A stretch of 64,000 nucleotides of DNA from Antedon mediterranea (GCF_964355755.1 NC_092678.1:5472422-5536421); one strand, 5' to 3'. Positions 24,001 to 36,100 are shown, counted from the first letter of the stretch. Program-made: numbers and translations. Notes: generated by a model not told the origin, from the sequence alone.

Positions 24001-27000
24001 AGAAACAAACATTTTCAACTGGCAACACGAATCAATGGCAACTACTCCTCCCTTGTGTTCTATCTTGGATTGAACCACCTCACTTTGCTGCGACTGTGTG
24101 TGCACGTCCGTGCCACCATAAGTCATTCCAGTCTGTTGAATTTCAGTTAATTTGTAAAGAACTAAATGACCAGTTGCATGGCCAGTCAGAAAAAAATTGT
24201 CCTGTCAATTAACAAATAGTATTACAAATATTAGGATAGTATCACATGCAAAGATCGAATAACAAATGAAGGATTCCAAAGGAGAGTAAGAGCAGCTATT
24301 GCAATGGAACACATCATGGAAGATGAGATGGCATGGCCACATTACGAGATCTTCCAGACTTGGCAAAAAGCGATCATGCAAGGCATTGTACCAGATGATA
24401 GATACACTGGAAAGACAACATAAATGAATGGACCAGACTAACTCACAATAAGACATCGAGGTTGGAGAAGGACAGGGCCACATGGAGGAGACTTGTTAAA
24501 TCATCTACAATACCACGACAGTCCCCAAACGGCTAAAGTAAAGTAAGGGTAGTACAATTTTTTTAGTTTTTATTACGATATGGATATGTGTTGCTATAAT
24601 AAGTAAAAGGATGAATTACCAGCAGTGCATAGCAGGTAGTATCATCATCAGTATCAACCTCGTACTTAAGCTCTAAACTTGGAAGACCCCAGAATCTAAA
24701 CAAAGCACCATCCCTGCATTTACATTTAGTGATTAAAACACGATGTACATCTTCAACAATTATCTCCAAAATCTACAAGAAATAATTCAAACATTTTAGA
24801 AAAGCTAACCTTAACAAAACTACGGAAAAATAAGTAATAAAAGTTAAGCTCTTTTATGAAAACGATGTCAATTATTATGGCAATATTATTAATATACTCA
24901 CAGCGTCTTTGTAGGCTTTATGCTGAAAATGAATTTCACCAAACTTAATAGGATCCATAAAAAGAACTCTACCATCCTGCAAAGAACAGACAGACAGAAA
25001 TACTCATTTCATGGAGCCATGAGAAAGTAACTTGATCTGTGCTTTCAACATGCAGTTTCATATATGACATCACTCAATTGGAAACATATAAATCAATGAT
25101 GGGACCATAATATTCTTATAATGACCTTTAAATGTTTAACAGGTACTGTTTCCGATTACCTAATTGATTTTTATGATTTTATTGATAATTATCACAATTT
25201 AAATACAAGAAGCAAATCGAAAAACACTTTATTCTTACCAAAACGGCATAATGATTCTGATCATGATTTCAATACCGCTCAGTCAAACTCTGGAATAAAT
25301 CTTTCACCAGATATTCGCAGCTCTATAAATTCATTAACTTTGCAATCGTTTAAAAATTTGATCTAACTGTATTTTTCTCTTGCTTCTTGTGATATTATAT
25401 TTTCCATTTTTATTGTTTATATTTGTAATTTGTAAGTGTTAACTGTTAACTGGACTTCAAGGAAGAACAATGTACAAATATTGAAAGAATATCCAGAATA
25501 AAGAAAGATTTCTATCTATCTATCCTATAACAATACAATATCTATCTTATTGTTTTGTTAATCAGTTTTTTCTTCACACAGATACAAAGAAATATTGTAT
25601 TGTGTAATAGATATATACTGTTTAATTTAAATAAATATTCATATTTACCTGCATTCCAAGCACCAGAAAGTTAGTTTTAAGCGGACAAACATAGCCTTCT
25701 TCACCTTTGTACATGATGGGCATGTTTAGGACAGTAATTGAGGAGCATTCCACGGTAGCTGTTGATGGTTGATTCTCCTGATGAGCTGGTTGTGATGATT
25801 TCATTCTAGACGAACATCTGTATTGGCTACAATAGAAACCATGAGGTTGAGCAAATTATGAAATACAAGTTTCAATACAAATATTCTGAATTAATTTAGG
25901 GTGAATTGCCCTTGATTGACATTGAAGTTCATTGCTGTAATCTAAAGCTCTGTCCACACTATCAAAACTATCACACACATTGTATGCATGTTCAATGTCT
26001 CTTGAGCTCTGCCTACACGATCAAACTTTATGTGACAAAAAAATTGTGATGTGCCCAAATATGGTAAGAATATTCCCAAGTATTATAGTGATATGACATC
26101 ATCATGTCCATATATGGGCACACATTTCTTTGTTACATAAGGTTTGATAGTGTACACAGAGCTTTAGTCAAGAGACATTGAACATGTATACAATGTGTGA
26201 AGATTCCATTACTTACTCTGGATGAGGCGATGTATCTGTATTACTTGAATGACATCTGTCAATCTTATCTTGCACACGACAGATATCCCATATACCAATA
26301 CGGCAAGCTGGGTCCGTCCTACAATAATAACAATACTCCATCTGTAAAAATCCTGCTTATGAAACTCCACTATGTTTTGAAAGTAATCCTAATTTAAACT
26401 GGGTTCTTTTTATGTGATATCACAGTACACCTTTATCTTTATTTCAGCTTGGTTCCCATTAAGAGGCAACGCAAGTAATTTGACCAATCACAAGCTATTG
26501 ATTATCCAAACTATTGCTTGTCATTGGTCAATTTCCTTGCGTCAGCTCTATGTCCTAATGGAAACCAAGTTCTCACTACATACCTCATTGTGTAGACCCA
26601 TAGCTCATGCGGTGTAACCAGTAAGTATGCTAAACTGTGCTCTCGGTTATATGCTATTCCTAGTATCTTTTCCATCGGTGAGATGTTTGGCGGCGGAAGA
26701 ACAGTCGATAGGTTCTTACGATGTTTGATAGAAACCAACCGCATACTGAAAAAAATAGTAATTGTTAGTATCACTAATAAATATATTAAATTAATATTGA
26801 AAAATAATTAAACAATTAAAATTATATGGACATGATAAATAGAATGAAATTCTATCGAATTTTCCAATTTCAAGATTAAACATTAGTACCTGCTATCATC
26901 TCCCACAGCAACAATGCGACTTGTTTTCCCTCGACAGTGTAGCACTTTAATGGATGTGATCTTTGATCGTGTCAACGTGTAAAGCTCAACGACATGATTT

Positions 27001-30000
27001 AGATGCCAAACGCTAAGATCACGCTTTGTTGCTGTCCATAAATAGTTCTCTCCCGTCAACCCCATCCATTGGATACCCTCTACTGATACTGTAATCCTGT
27101 GAGAAAGAAATCATATATTGTATATATATCATATTAACGCCTACATCAACTCAATAATATCTTATGTTAAGATGATACAGATACAGATACAGATTCATTT
27201 ATTGTCCAAAATATTAATGGAAATTACAGTGCTCATTAAACCTTGGCTTGCCTAAAATAAATATAAATAAATATAAGGGGGACTATCTAACAAATGTTTT
27301 GTTATAATGCCTTATCCCAGCTGGGTAGAACGAGTGCATGTAACTTGTGATGCCTGGTCACTTTATGTACTACTATAAACTGGTCTTGAATTCTTCTTCT
27401 TTTGTTATTCATTTATTGTGTTGTCTATCAAGTATCATGCTTCTTCTTTTCTTTTTTTCACCATATTTAATGAGGATGATCCATCCAGCAATTGCTGATC
27501 ATTAGGGACCCTCTTTATAATATACATTGTGACATACAACGAATACATCATTATTTCTTAGTATAAAAGCGTTTGCTTGTGTAGTTAACTTACGAATAGA
27601 TCATATCCATAATTTCCAGTGACCAGAGTCGCACAGAACCATCCATGGAAGACGTTAAGACGAGTGATGGTGACTCTGGATGAAGGAGGATGTTAGTAAC
27701 AGCTTTGGAATGACCTCGGAATGTGTGTACATGGCCACCTGTCATGCTCCATACCTTCACTATAAATGAAAATATACATTATTACAGAATATATACAGTT
27801 GAAAATAAAGTGTTCACAAAATACTCCAAGAAACTACAACTTTTATCCCTGTTTATATTATACATTGATCCAATGACTGGACTAATATTTGGAACAGATT
27901 AAAGCTCTGTCTACACCATTAAACTACATGTGACAAAAAAATGTGATGTGCCCATATATGGACATGACGTTGTCATATTACTACCATATTACACTTTTTT
28001 TGTCAAACTAGTGTAAATAGAGCCTTAGGTTGGGTATGAACAAAATTATTTGATCATTTATTGACCACAATATGTGGATCACCATTAAAACTGATATCAC
28101 AACAGAGTAAAAATAAAATGTGGTTCATTCAATAGCAGAAACATCTGAATAAATCTTACCATTGGTATCCGCTGAACAAGTTATCAACAGACGAGCTTGA
28201 GGGCAGTATTTGCAGCCAGTAATCTGTGACTGGTGAGCACTGAGAATAAAGAGAATGTGTATATGTTTAGTTTTAAACAAGGCACACTGGAACAAAATGG
28301 TGCGAACTTAGAACAATGAGACAGTTTATAGTTTAGTTTTATAGACAATGCAAATAGATACTGTTAAAAATATACAACAAGGTACTGTACTGAAAAGAGT
28401 CATTTGTACTTGAATTTGTTTTAAGGCACTAAGGTACTGTACTGAAAAAACATGTACAAATTGAATGCAAATACAGTCGACTGGAAACTCTCCCAAAACC
28501 AGACTTTTCTTGCAGCCCAAAATTTCTTTTTAGCATTAAAAACACATTCAAAATACCAGACTATCCGGAAATCTAGACATTTTTGGCCAGCCCAAAGGTG
28601 TCTGGTATTGGAAGAGCTGACTGTATATGCCTATTGATAATTTAACATAGAATCCTACTTTGGCAACTTGAAGACCATTCTGCCATAGATATCATAGCAG
28701 ATGACGTCAGTATCTGAGCAGCAGTACAGGTACTGCTGATGTTGGTCTAACTCTACTTTCTTTACCCAGCTTCCTCCCACACATTTCAGTTCTCGTCTGC
28801 AATACAATAGAAAGGCGGCAAATGAAAATATGATGTTCAGGTACTCTAACTTAGTGGACCTAGGCCAGAAAATGAAACAATCTTTGTAGGCCTACCAACC
28901 ATGCATGCTGGTGGCTACCGCCAGTATGCATGGTTGGTAGGCCTACAAAGATTGTTCCATTTTTTGGCTATGGCACTGTGGACTATTACTATATGAGTTT
29001 TCTTTCTCGTGGTATCATACAGCTTTTTTCTTGGAGGGAAAATGATGGTTATAGTTTGAAATATATAGAGCGCAAAAAAAAACAAATGGGTTGTGAACAA
29101 AATTGAATATGTTTTCAGTAGACATGAAGGAATTAGTGGAATACTGGGTTTACCAGCCAATTGGTCAACTTTACCAAATTCTTCATTTACACTTACTGTA
29201 AGAATAAAGCGTAGTTAGCCATTGGCTTAATTTCTTTCCAGACATGATCAGTATCTTGACGGAATTCCCACACCATGGTTCCCTTGACGCCACCGGTTAT
29301 CAACTCGTCACGAAAAGGATTGAAGATGAGGAACATAACTGAACTCAGATCAGAATCAACGTTACAAGTCTCTTCAAAATTCATGTTTAAAACCTGCAAA
29401 TTCAAATTAGCATCATTATTATTCATATATTAATTATTATACATTTAAATTAGAATATACTACTAAAGTTAACAGTATAGATACATACGAAAATTTACTT
29501 GATTTTTTATTAATTTAATTAATTTAACTATTTGTTAATACAGTCAACTCTCCCAATACCGGACACCTTTGGGTTGGCCTATTATGTCTGGTTTTCTAGA
29601 AAGTCTGGTATTCGGAATGTTTTTTAATTGTAAAAATGAATTTGGGACCTTTTTGGACTGCAAGAAAAGTTTGGTTTAGGGAAAGTTTCCAGATTTCAGA
29701 GTAAAATAAAGTAGAAAATAAAAACAATGATTATACCTTGAGAGAGAAGTCCTTTGCAATGCAGAAATAAACGTTAAACTTTCTTGCATAAATTATCTTT
29801 ACTAGTAACTTGTTTTGGTATTTAGGGTAATTCAAACCTCTGCTCACTAAAAAACAACATTTATTTCAATTCACATATAAAAATTCACTGATAAATCATA
29901 AGCATATGGTATTTGTGGTAAAATTACATTTCATTGAAATTTTAAAACAGTAAATTTGTATAATAATTTACTTATTTAATTCAGTTTTCCTAGGTGTGTA

Positions 30001-31809
30001 TTATACAACTACGAAAACTTAATTAAATAAGAGGTACGATAAATGAGGCAGTCAAAAATAAATACCTTTATTATGAATGCTGTCCTTGTTCCATGTTGTT
30101 ATGCCTCTGGTGTCAAGAAAGATAAACTCCCTGCTTCTTGGATTATAAGTCACTAGAAAGATTTAAAAATATGAAAATTGCAATTAAATTGCAAATGTTT
30201 GTACAATAACTATACGCTGGTAATATGATTTGTGTCCATCTCTGGACTAATACCCCTTTCACACCAAAAGCAAAACTCCGGAGACACTCCGGAGACACCC
30301 CGGAGTTGACGTCCCGCTGTTTGGTGTGAAAGGTAAAATCAAGCAACTCCGGAGTTTAAAACTGCGGGGTTGAACAGCTGAACATTCTCCGGAGAGCGAA
30401 CTGCGGGGACACCCCGGTGTTTTGGTGTGAAAGGTACCAACATCAAACTCCGGAGTGTTTCGGGTCAAAAGGTCATCCTCACACGATCACTCTTTGCTTT
30501 AGTTTTATTTAAAAATACTTTAAATATTTGTACAAAATATATAGCGGGTTTAAAAAATAATTAGTAGTATCAATAAAACATTATATTACTTCTGAGACTT
30601 TTGAAAGTAATTATTAAATTAAAAATATTGTTAATTAAAATTATTCTAATGATCGTCGCTATGTAAACAAACAGAATAGAGGGTGACATTTACAATTTTA
30701 TTTTATAAACCCCGGTGTTGCTAGGTTGGTGTGAAAGGGGTATCTCCGGAGTTTCTCGACGTTTCGAATGGTCATAAACCCCGGGGTGTCTCCGGAGACA
30801 CTCCGGAGTTTTGGTGTGAAAGGGGTATAATAGAGAACTTTTCTTGGCAACTTAATTTTTGAACTGCAACATAGTAATTTGTTTTCAATTGATTGTAACT
30901 TGCACAATAATAATATATGAAAGACTTTGTTTATGTAGAGTATCTTGTGTATGTTTGTCTTGTGAACCTCTGAGGGTACCTAATGATCAGCAATAGCTGG
31001 ATGGATTACCCTCATTAAAAATGGTTTAAAAAAAAAAATTTTTTTTTAAATAATAAATAATTAATAATTTTCTGGTACTCGACTTGAAGGCAAAATGTCT
31101 AAGAAATAACATGTTAGTAGCCTGTGGAATAGCCATAGATATTGGGCAATATGAAAATCGCCATGCAGCTTTAAAAATATATTGGTACAAAAAATTGATG
31201 GATTCTTCAATATATACCCAATAAAATATACATACAATATTGACATGACATACTATCTACACTATCAAACTTTATGTGACAAAAAAATGTGATGTGCCCA
31301 TATATGGACATGATGATGTTGTATTACTACCATATTTGGGTACATCACTGCCATATTTGGGCACATCACTACCATATTTCACTTTTTTTTTGCTAAACTA
31401 GTTTGATAGTGTAGACAGTGCTTGGTAACTAACCATCAACTAGATCTGTCAGTTTCTTGCTATGGATATAAAGACTCTTGAGTTGAAATCCCTCGGGAAT
31501 AAAATTGAAAGAACTTGTCTTAACACTGCTGTTGTCATCATCATCTTTGAAAGAGCTTGTCTTAACACTGCTGTTGTCATCATCTTTGAAAGAGCTTGTC
31601 TTAACACTGCTGTTGTCATCATCTTTGAAAGAGCTTGTCTTAACACTGCTGTTGTCATCATCTTTGAAAGAGCTTGTCTTAACACTGCTGTTGCCATCAT
31701 CTTTGAAAGAGCTTGTCTTAACACTGCTGTTGTCATCATCTTTGAAAGAGCTTGTTTTAACACTGCTTCTGTCATTATCATCTTTTATTGTATCTTCCAT
31801 GATTGACAT
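3051..31809 (-). CDS. WD40-repeat protein of the WDR87/WDR97 type, ~1734 aa, 34 coding exons, long low-complexity C-terminal half
   Basis: Phase-consistent GT-AG exons: 31809-31434, 30152-30066, 29846-29737, 29393-29197, 28796-28659, 28239-28160, 27759-27594, 27096-26890, 26745-26584, 26318-26217, 25826-25649, 24976-24902, 24772-24620, 24201-23996, 23678-23524, 23100-23053, 22302-22220, 21789-21715, 21505-21355, 21019-20877, 20577-20508, 19701-19538, 7323-7279, 6927-6781, 6427-6158, 5963-5666, 5480-5007, 4886-4819, 4596-4550, 4341-4270, 4174-3954, 3828-3690, 3526-3395, 3216-3051 (5205 nt, no internal stop seen). WD repeats include AHQSQITGC..LITCSADTNVKVWS and GHSKAVTNI..LTSSMDGSVRLWS. The FLNVKGDLLIG segment resembles WDR87/97 (family call from recall). 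Confidence 0.8.
5999..6123. mobile_element. Harbinger/Tourist-like MITE family A (TIR AGCTCTGTCTACACTATCAAACT), copy 1
   Basis: ctctatctacactatcaaag...aaactagtttgatagttgagacagagct followed by TAA; 8 related copies in the window. Confidence 0.75.
7095..7200. repeat. ~105-bp imperfect palindrome, probably internal to a non-autonomous DNA element
   Basis: aaatataagatttgatattccctcgggaaggatattttgtt...aacaaaatatcattccctcagggatatcaaatcttatattt. Confidence 0.7.
7657..8772. repeat. ~310-bp dispersed direct repeat (7657-7962 and 8419-8772); second copy has an internal ~70-bp tandem duplication
   Basis: gcgaggaggcttcgcattttt...gagaataaacttgcaata occurs twice, nearly identical. Confidence 0.85.
10597..10751 (+). 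promoter_or_regulatory. Candidate promoter and first non-coding exon of the DED-TIR-NHL gene: TATA, NF-kB site, ETS and ETS-IRF composite motifs, splice donor
   Basis: TATAAAT 10597-10603; GGGAATTTCC 10608-10617; CGGAAGT 10723-10729; GGAACTGAAA 10730-10739; consensus donor CG|GTAAGT at 10746. Confidence 0.55.
10925..12090 (-). mobile_element. 5'-truncated CR1/L2-group LINE with an uninterrupted RT C-terminal frame (11210-12079)
   Basis: YADD catalytic motif, then KYIGITF, LVRPIMEY and WDRLP; 3' UTR ends in AATAAA plus a (TGAAA)n tail at ~10925-10947. Confidence 0.9.
12091..12735 (+). mobile_element. Non-autonomous Helitron/Helentron-type element
   Basis: 5' gtgtgtttgtttgtttgttagcaggattactcaaaaag microsatellite head; 3' hairpin GCACTCTCGGAGTG followed by TTTCTAGT. 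Confidence 0.6.
13774..18805 (+). CDS. Multidomain immune-type protein: tandem DED-like, linker, TIR-like, TRADD-N-like, TIR-like, TRADD-N-like, Filamin, NHL repeats (~1180 aa, 10 coding exons), nested antisense in a WD40-gene intron
   Basis: Exons 13774-14293, 14415-14489, 14629-14703, 14860-14925, 15044-15436, 15610-15924, 16009-16389, 16532-16849, 17003-17073, 17477-18805 splice in frame (3543 nt). DED: FADLLSDISKEY..QLRFLLKD..LFNELIDRGHI. TIR: YDFFVVSDD..EW..VIKELQ..CLSQTDWNP..KMVLVGFT..IIPDLL..W..FYRKILNTL. TRADD-N-like: GSILFHLAVNDASSLNKLWESH..ETEIDEHKYQ. Filamin: GSGKYRI..IKGSPVNIKV. NHL: CPWGLAV, FPRDLTL, DCGNHRIQMFD. Confidence 0.85.
19820..19985 (+). mobile_element. tRNA-Gly(TCC)-derived SINE (other copies 47510-47700 minus; tail fragment 9085-9165 minus)
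   Basis: A-box-like TGTGGCTTGG, GCCTTCCAA anticodon-arm relic, B-box GGTTCAATCC; shared tail TAGTTTATCCATC(C)TGTAATTGG in three copies. Confidence 0.7.
22448..22863. mobile_element. PIF/Harbinger-type MITE
   Basis: ~45-bp TIR (AGCCTGGCGCACACTAGAGCTAT.../...ATAGCTCTAGTGTGCGCTGGGCT) with TAA TSD on both sides. Confidence 0.85.
23187..23320. mobile_element. MITE family A, copy 2 (partial)
   Basis: tgtctacactatcaaactttat...aaaatgtgatgtgcccatatatggac; right TIR missing. Confidence 0.65.
24270..24546 (+). mobile_element. Decayed RTE-clade LINE 3' fragment
   Basis: Broken frames read WHGHITRSS..MQGIV..WKDNINEWT, ending in a (TAAAG)n tail. Confidence 0.6.
25080..25524 (+). mobile_element. Decayed L2/CR1 LINE 3' fragment
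   Basis: TFKCL..DYL..HNLNTRS..L.LP..IRS..SFK relic, T-rich UTR, AATAAA and (CTAT)n tail. Confidence 0.55.
26005..26163. mobile_element. MITE family A, copy 3, inserted inside a small foldback element (arms 25978-26004 and 26168-26196)
   Basis: Both TIRs present; outer arms acattgtatgcatgttcaatgtctcttga / tcaagagacattgaacatgtatacaatgt. Confidence 0.75.
27903..28025. mobile_element. MITE family A, copy 4
   Basis: agctctgtctacaccattaaac...aaactagtgtaaatagagcc. Confidence 0.7.
28474..28623. mobile_element. Tc1/mariner-pogo type MITE (second, inverted copy at 29541-29695)
   Basis: TA-CAGTC...GACTG-TA termini; internal sequence is the reverse complement of 29541-29695. Confidence 0.7.
28864..28968. 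repeat. Near-perfect 105-bp foldback palindrome
   Basis: ~51-bp arms around a CTA loop with 4 mismatches. Confidence 0.9.
30251..30827. mobile_element. PIF/Harbinger-type MITE with subterminal repeats
   Basis: TIR TACCCCTTTCACACCAAAA / TTTTGGTGTGAAAGGGGTA, TAA TSD on both sides, repeated GGTGTGAAAGG and CTCCGGAG. Confidence 0.85.
31250..31423. mobile_element. MITE family A, copy 5, abutting the first coding-exon donor of the WD40 gene
   Basis: atctacactatcaaactttatgtgac...aaactagtttgatagtgtagacagtgct. Confidence 0.75.
31505..31785 (-). repeat. Coding 39-bp minisatellite, 7 x SSVKTSSF(KDDDN)
   Basis: Near-identical units; one carries an extra GAT codon; frame preserved within the first coding exon of the WD40 gene. 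Confidence 0.95.
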
Positions 31810-32754
31810 GAATGTATTACTTTTCAACAGAAATATTTATTCATGTCATTTTTCTTCTGTTCAGTGTTCATTCAATGGTCTTGATCTTTTTAAATTATCA
31901 TGTCAAATTTGAACCAGACAGTCTTGAGCATCACTTCTCATAAATTTGATACACGACAGGTCTGGTCCTCCTATAAAATAATTAAAAAGAAAATATGTAA
32001 ATGTATGTTATGCGCAATTTGTACAATTCGATACACAAAAAATTCTCAGAATATATTTTGGATTTGGTTAGGTCTGGTTATCGAATCATAGTAGCCTGTA
32101 GGGGAGCTAGCCAATATGGTAGAGATTTAGTCTTAGACTAACCTAATAGGGGCCCTTTCCTATAGGCCTACTAGGCTATAATAAATATAGGCAGCAGACG
32201 CCACAACCACCACCAGTCTGTATGCAGGCTGATAAAGTATAAAAATAGGCCCTAGCTAGTAGACCTATGAATAGCCTACTACTAGGCCTAGTACTAGGCT
32301 ACTACTACTAGCACTTCTAGGGCCCAGAGGTAAGTAGGCTATCTACTCTATCTAGGCCTAGGCCTAGGCCTATCTAGCTTAACCTTTTTATTTAGGCCCT
32401 CCTCCTTACATCATACTTCACAGAGTGGGCCCTATTATTATGCCTAGGAAGCCTAGGCCTAGTTGTTATAGGCTAGTACTCTAGCTAAAACTTAGCTAGC
32501 TAAGCCTACTAGGCCTAGGCCTAGGCAGGCCTAGCCTAGTAGGCCCTATCTATAGCCAAGAAGGATGGATAGGTAAGGTAGCCTACTAGCCTAGCTAGCT
32601 TACCTAACTTTAACTATAAAAGTAAGCTTTCTGTAATATTTACTATAATAATAATATAACTAATAATCCATGCCCCAGCTATATTTCAACACTTTAGCCC
32701 ACCTAGGCCTAGGCCTATGTCATATTCAAATGTAAAAATCAGACAAAATATTAC

Positions 32755-33128
32755 TTTTAAAAAGTATACCACACGTTATCATTTTCAACTTTATTTTGTA
32801 TTTTTGACAGCTGAGCTTGAACAGCGACCTCTCTAGTCTGTATCTACGGACGCGCGGATCGGAGACCATAATTAATTATCAATATCAATTATTGATACGT
32901 GATCGATCACTACCGTTTCGTTGTTATAGAGGGCGCTATTTTGTTTCCGTGGTTCCGATGACGTAAGAGCGTAAACATGGTGGCCGTATTGTTTTCATGA
33001 TTTTTACTGCTGAAATTCATTATGGAAAATGTATTAATTAAACCCCTATATAGTTAAGCCTGTATACGTTTACAGAAACACCAATCATTTATTTATTTTT
33101 ACCCGTGTTTAAATTATGAGAAAATAAT
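32755..33128. promoter_or_regulatory. Candidate bidirectional promoter between the WD40 gene (-) and the Ubl-TM-ARM gene (+)
   Basis: Locally CpG-rich. CTCF-like cores CAGCGACCTCTCTAG (32822) and TAGAGGGCGCT (32927), CRE-like TGACGTAA (32959). Minus-strand donor at ~32754 and acceptor at 31971; plus-strand ATG at 33129. Confidence 0.55.
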
Positions 33129-36100
33129 ATGCTTGTCTATATTGAGAGTAAAGATTTTCAGGTAAGTTCAGTATTCTTAGTTAGCCAGCTAGCCTACTAC
33201 TACTAGGCCGGGGCCTACTTGGCCTACTCATTTTAATTTAATAAGCTAGCCTAGACTATGCCTAGATGAGCCCGATGAGAGAGAAGGGAGAACAAAAGAG
33301 GAGAAGGGAGAACAAAAGAGGAGGAGGGGGTATGAATAGTTAGCAGACTAACTGTAGAGGGTGTAACTGTAATGATACTACAGTAGGCTTTAGGTTATCT
33401 GGAGACGAAACCAGACAGCTCAATAGACGGACTTTATTATTTATTTAATTTTATATTATTATATTATAAATATTAATTATGATAATCAGTCTTTTTTATT
33501 TATAAGATAAACACATTTGTGTTAAAATGTGGGACAGGAGAAACTTTAGCTCGTGTCAAAGCAAAAATTCTTCATGTTCTTTACGGTATGGCTCGTGACG
33601 ACCACCAATTTCGTCTTCGTTACAAAGGACAGTTCCTGAGAGATGCCTACACATTGGAAGACTACAAGATTATTGATAAATCAATTGTAAAGATGATACC
33701 AATGGCAAAGAAGGGAGAGGTAGGTACATACTCGTGAAGAGTGGCAGAACGAATTTAAGAAAATTAAAGAAATTTCTTCAGGTCTGAAATTTTTAATTTA
33801 AAATAGAGAAATAAAATTTAAGGCAAAACAAAAATACTGAGGATAACTGCAAAGTACAATTCCTCATATTTAATAATAATGATAATAATATATTTTATAC
33901 AGTCTCTTAAGAGTATTCGTGCCAGCAAAGAAGCCAATTTAGGATCTACAGGGCAGCTGAGTGAAGTTAAACTTGCGCTGTTTGAAGAGGTTGCCACGCT
34001 TAGATGGAGAGAAAAAATGCTTGCCGATTTTAAGGTATTTAATTAATAATAAATGAGTGAATGTCAAGTAAAAATAATGACAAAAAAATGATTGAAAATC
34101 AGTATTAATTTGGTCTTTAATTAGACTTTTACCACATAAGGCAAGATATTTTGTGGTCATCATGAACATACTCACATTGGAAGATATTAACAACCCTTCT
34201 ATCCACTGATCTTTTTGTGTTTTCACATTTTTTTCAGGGCTTGTTGTTTATTGGGACTTTGTTTACGTTGTTCTCTTTTTTTACAATATTCTGGTATGCT
34301 ATTGCATGGATTCTGGTAACCACCATCTACGCCATATGGAAGTGTCCGACGTACACACACAAGTGTGGTTTTGTTGGCGCATCAAGCCTTTGGTAAGAAC
34401 ACACAAGTGTAAAAAAAGTCCTGATTGTTGAAAGTCCTCTTTTGACATTTTTGAAATTGTGAGAGGAATTGGGCAAATTACAATTTAGTGCATTATTTAT
34501 TCTTATCAATTCGCATCTGTTTTTCATCAGGCCTAGACGTTTCATGCTTCTGATGGGTATACTAGCCATATTAAATGTCGGTGCATCTATTGCCTTGGCT
34601 GTCATCTCATTAAATGATATCACTGTAAGTAAAACAAAGATCCTGCCTAAGAAGAACAGTGTGTATTAATCTGACAAAAAAATGTTATGCCCAGTCAGTC
34701 TTTTTTAGCCCTTACAGTCACGATAATTAAAGGGTGCGGTGGTCGCCAAAAAATAATAATCCCCTGTGCAGGCCACAGGGTTGTCAAACCTCTGTCAAAA
34801 AATGGTCAAGTTAAAACCTTACCAACCGTACTGGTGGCTACTTTCTATTATAAATATGAGGTTTATTAATAATAATTATTATATAATAATGATTTACTTT
34901 GATATTGATAGAGCTTTGAGTGTGGTAGTAAAGAGGCAGCCTTCGATTGTGACCAACGAAAAATCAAGACCATCTATTCTGTCATCTTTTTTGCGCTGCA
35001 CATCCTCTACTTGTTGATGGTGTCCATGACAAATTGGATTCTCTTTCGTAATTTCAAGTTCCAGATAGGCGACATTCTTGAGGAGCTAATGGTGATTTCT
35101 AGAGATGTTGAGAAGGTGATCCAGGCAGCTAAATCTGGAAGGTACTGTATAACGATGGGTGTGGAGGGTACTGCTGTATAACGATGGGTGTGGAGGGTAC
35201 TGTATAACGATGGGTGTGGAGGGTACTGTATAACGATGGGTCTGGAGGGTACTGCTGTATAACGATGGGTCTGGAGGGTACTGCTGTATAACGATGGGTG
35301 TGGAGGGTACTGTATAACGATGGGTGTGGAGGGTACTGTATAACGATGGGTGTGGAGGGTACTGTATAACAATGGGTCTGGAGGGTACTGTATAACAATG
35401 GGTCTGGAGGGTACTGTATAACGATGGGTGTGGAGGGTACTGTATAACGATGGGTCTGGAGGGTACTGTATAACGATGGGTCTGAAAAGGTCACTATATT
35501 ATGTTAAGCACAGAATGCATGATTCAATCTTCCTCAACCAAAGATGTAAATAATGGAATGACTTAAAACCAGAATTGTAAACGATAATCTAACAAATTAT
35601 ATTTTCAATTTCTTTCTACAGTATTTTATAATTCATGTAAACAAATATTTACAGTAACATTTTATATATAATGTTTTAAATTACCAAAATGAAGATTTCT
35701 TATCACTAATAAGTATTTATTGTATATAATAGTATACTGTAGGTTCACATACAATTATGTAAGTCTACATGTGTACATTGGATGTACGCCAACTTCATTC
35801 TGTTTCCAACGATTCATAAACTGGATTGTCGACACTGATAGGATCCTCCTCTTTTTCACTTTCGTTGGTTGTATCGTTTTTATTAATCAGGTCTGTATTT
35901 TCTGGCAATACATTTGAGCAATTTATTTCACCATTACAATCACTACTCCCGTCGCCTAATTTTTCACCTTTTATCATCCCTAATTCAAGGTAATCTCGGT
36001 GCACTTGAAGGTAATTATGATTCAGAAATTGTTCTTCCAATTTGTCTTCTTCTCCTGTGTCCTCTCCAACAGTGTTGCTGTTTTCGCTTTTTACAACTTG

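Noticed and set aside
32943-32956. GTTTCCGTGGTTCC as an RFX X-box in the bidirectional promoter
   Set aside because: The right half deviates from RGYAAC at key positions; too weak to call.
35007-35494. Repetitive ORFs 35007-35372 and 35129-35494 (also 45534-45929, 45604-45915, 31449-31912)
   Set aside because: Stop-free frames produced by minisatellites; only the SSVKTSSF frame splices into a gene.
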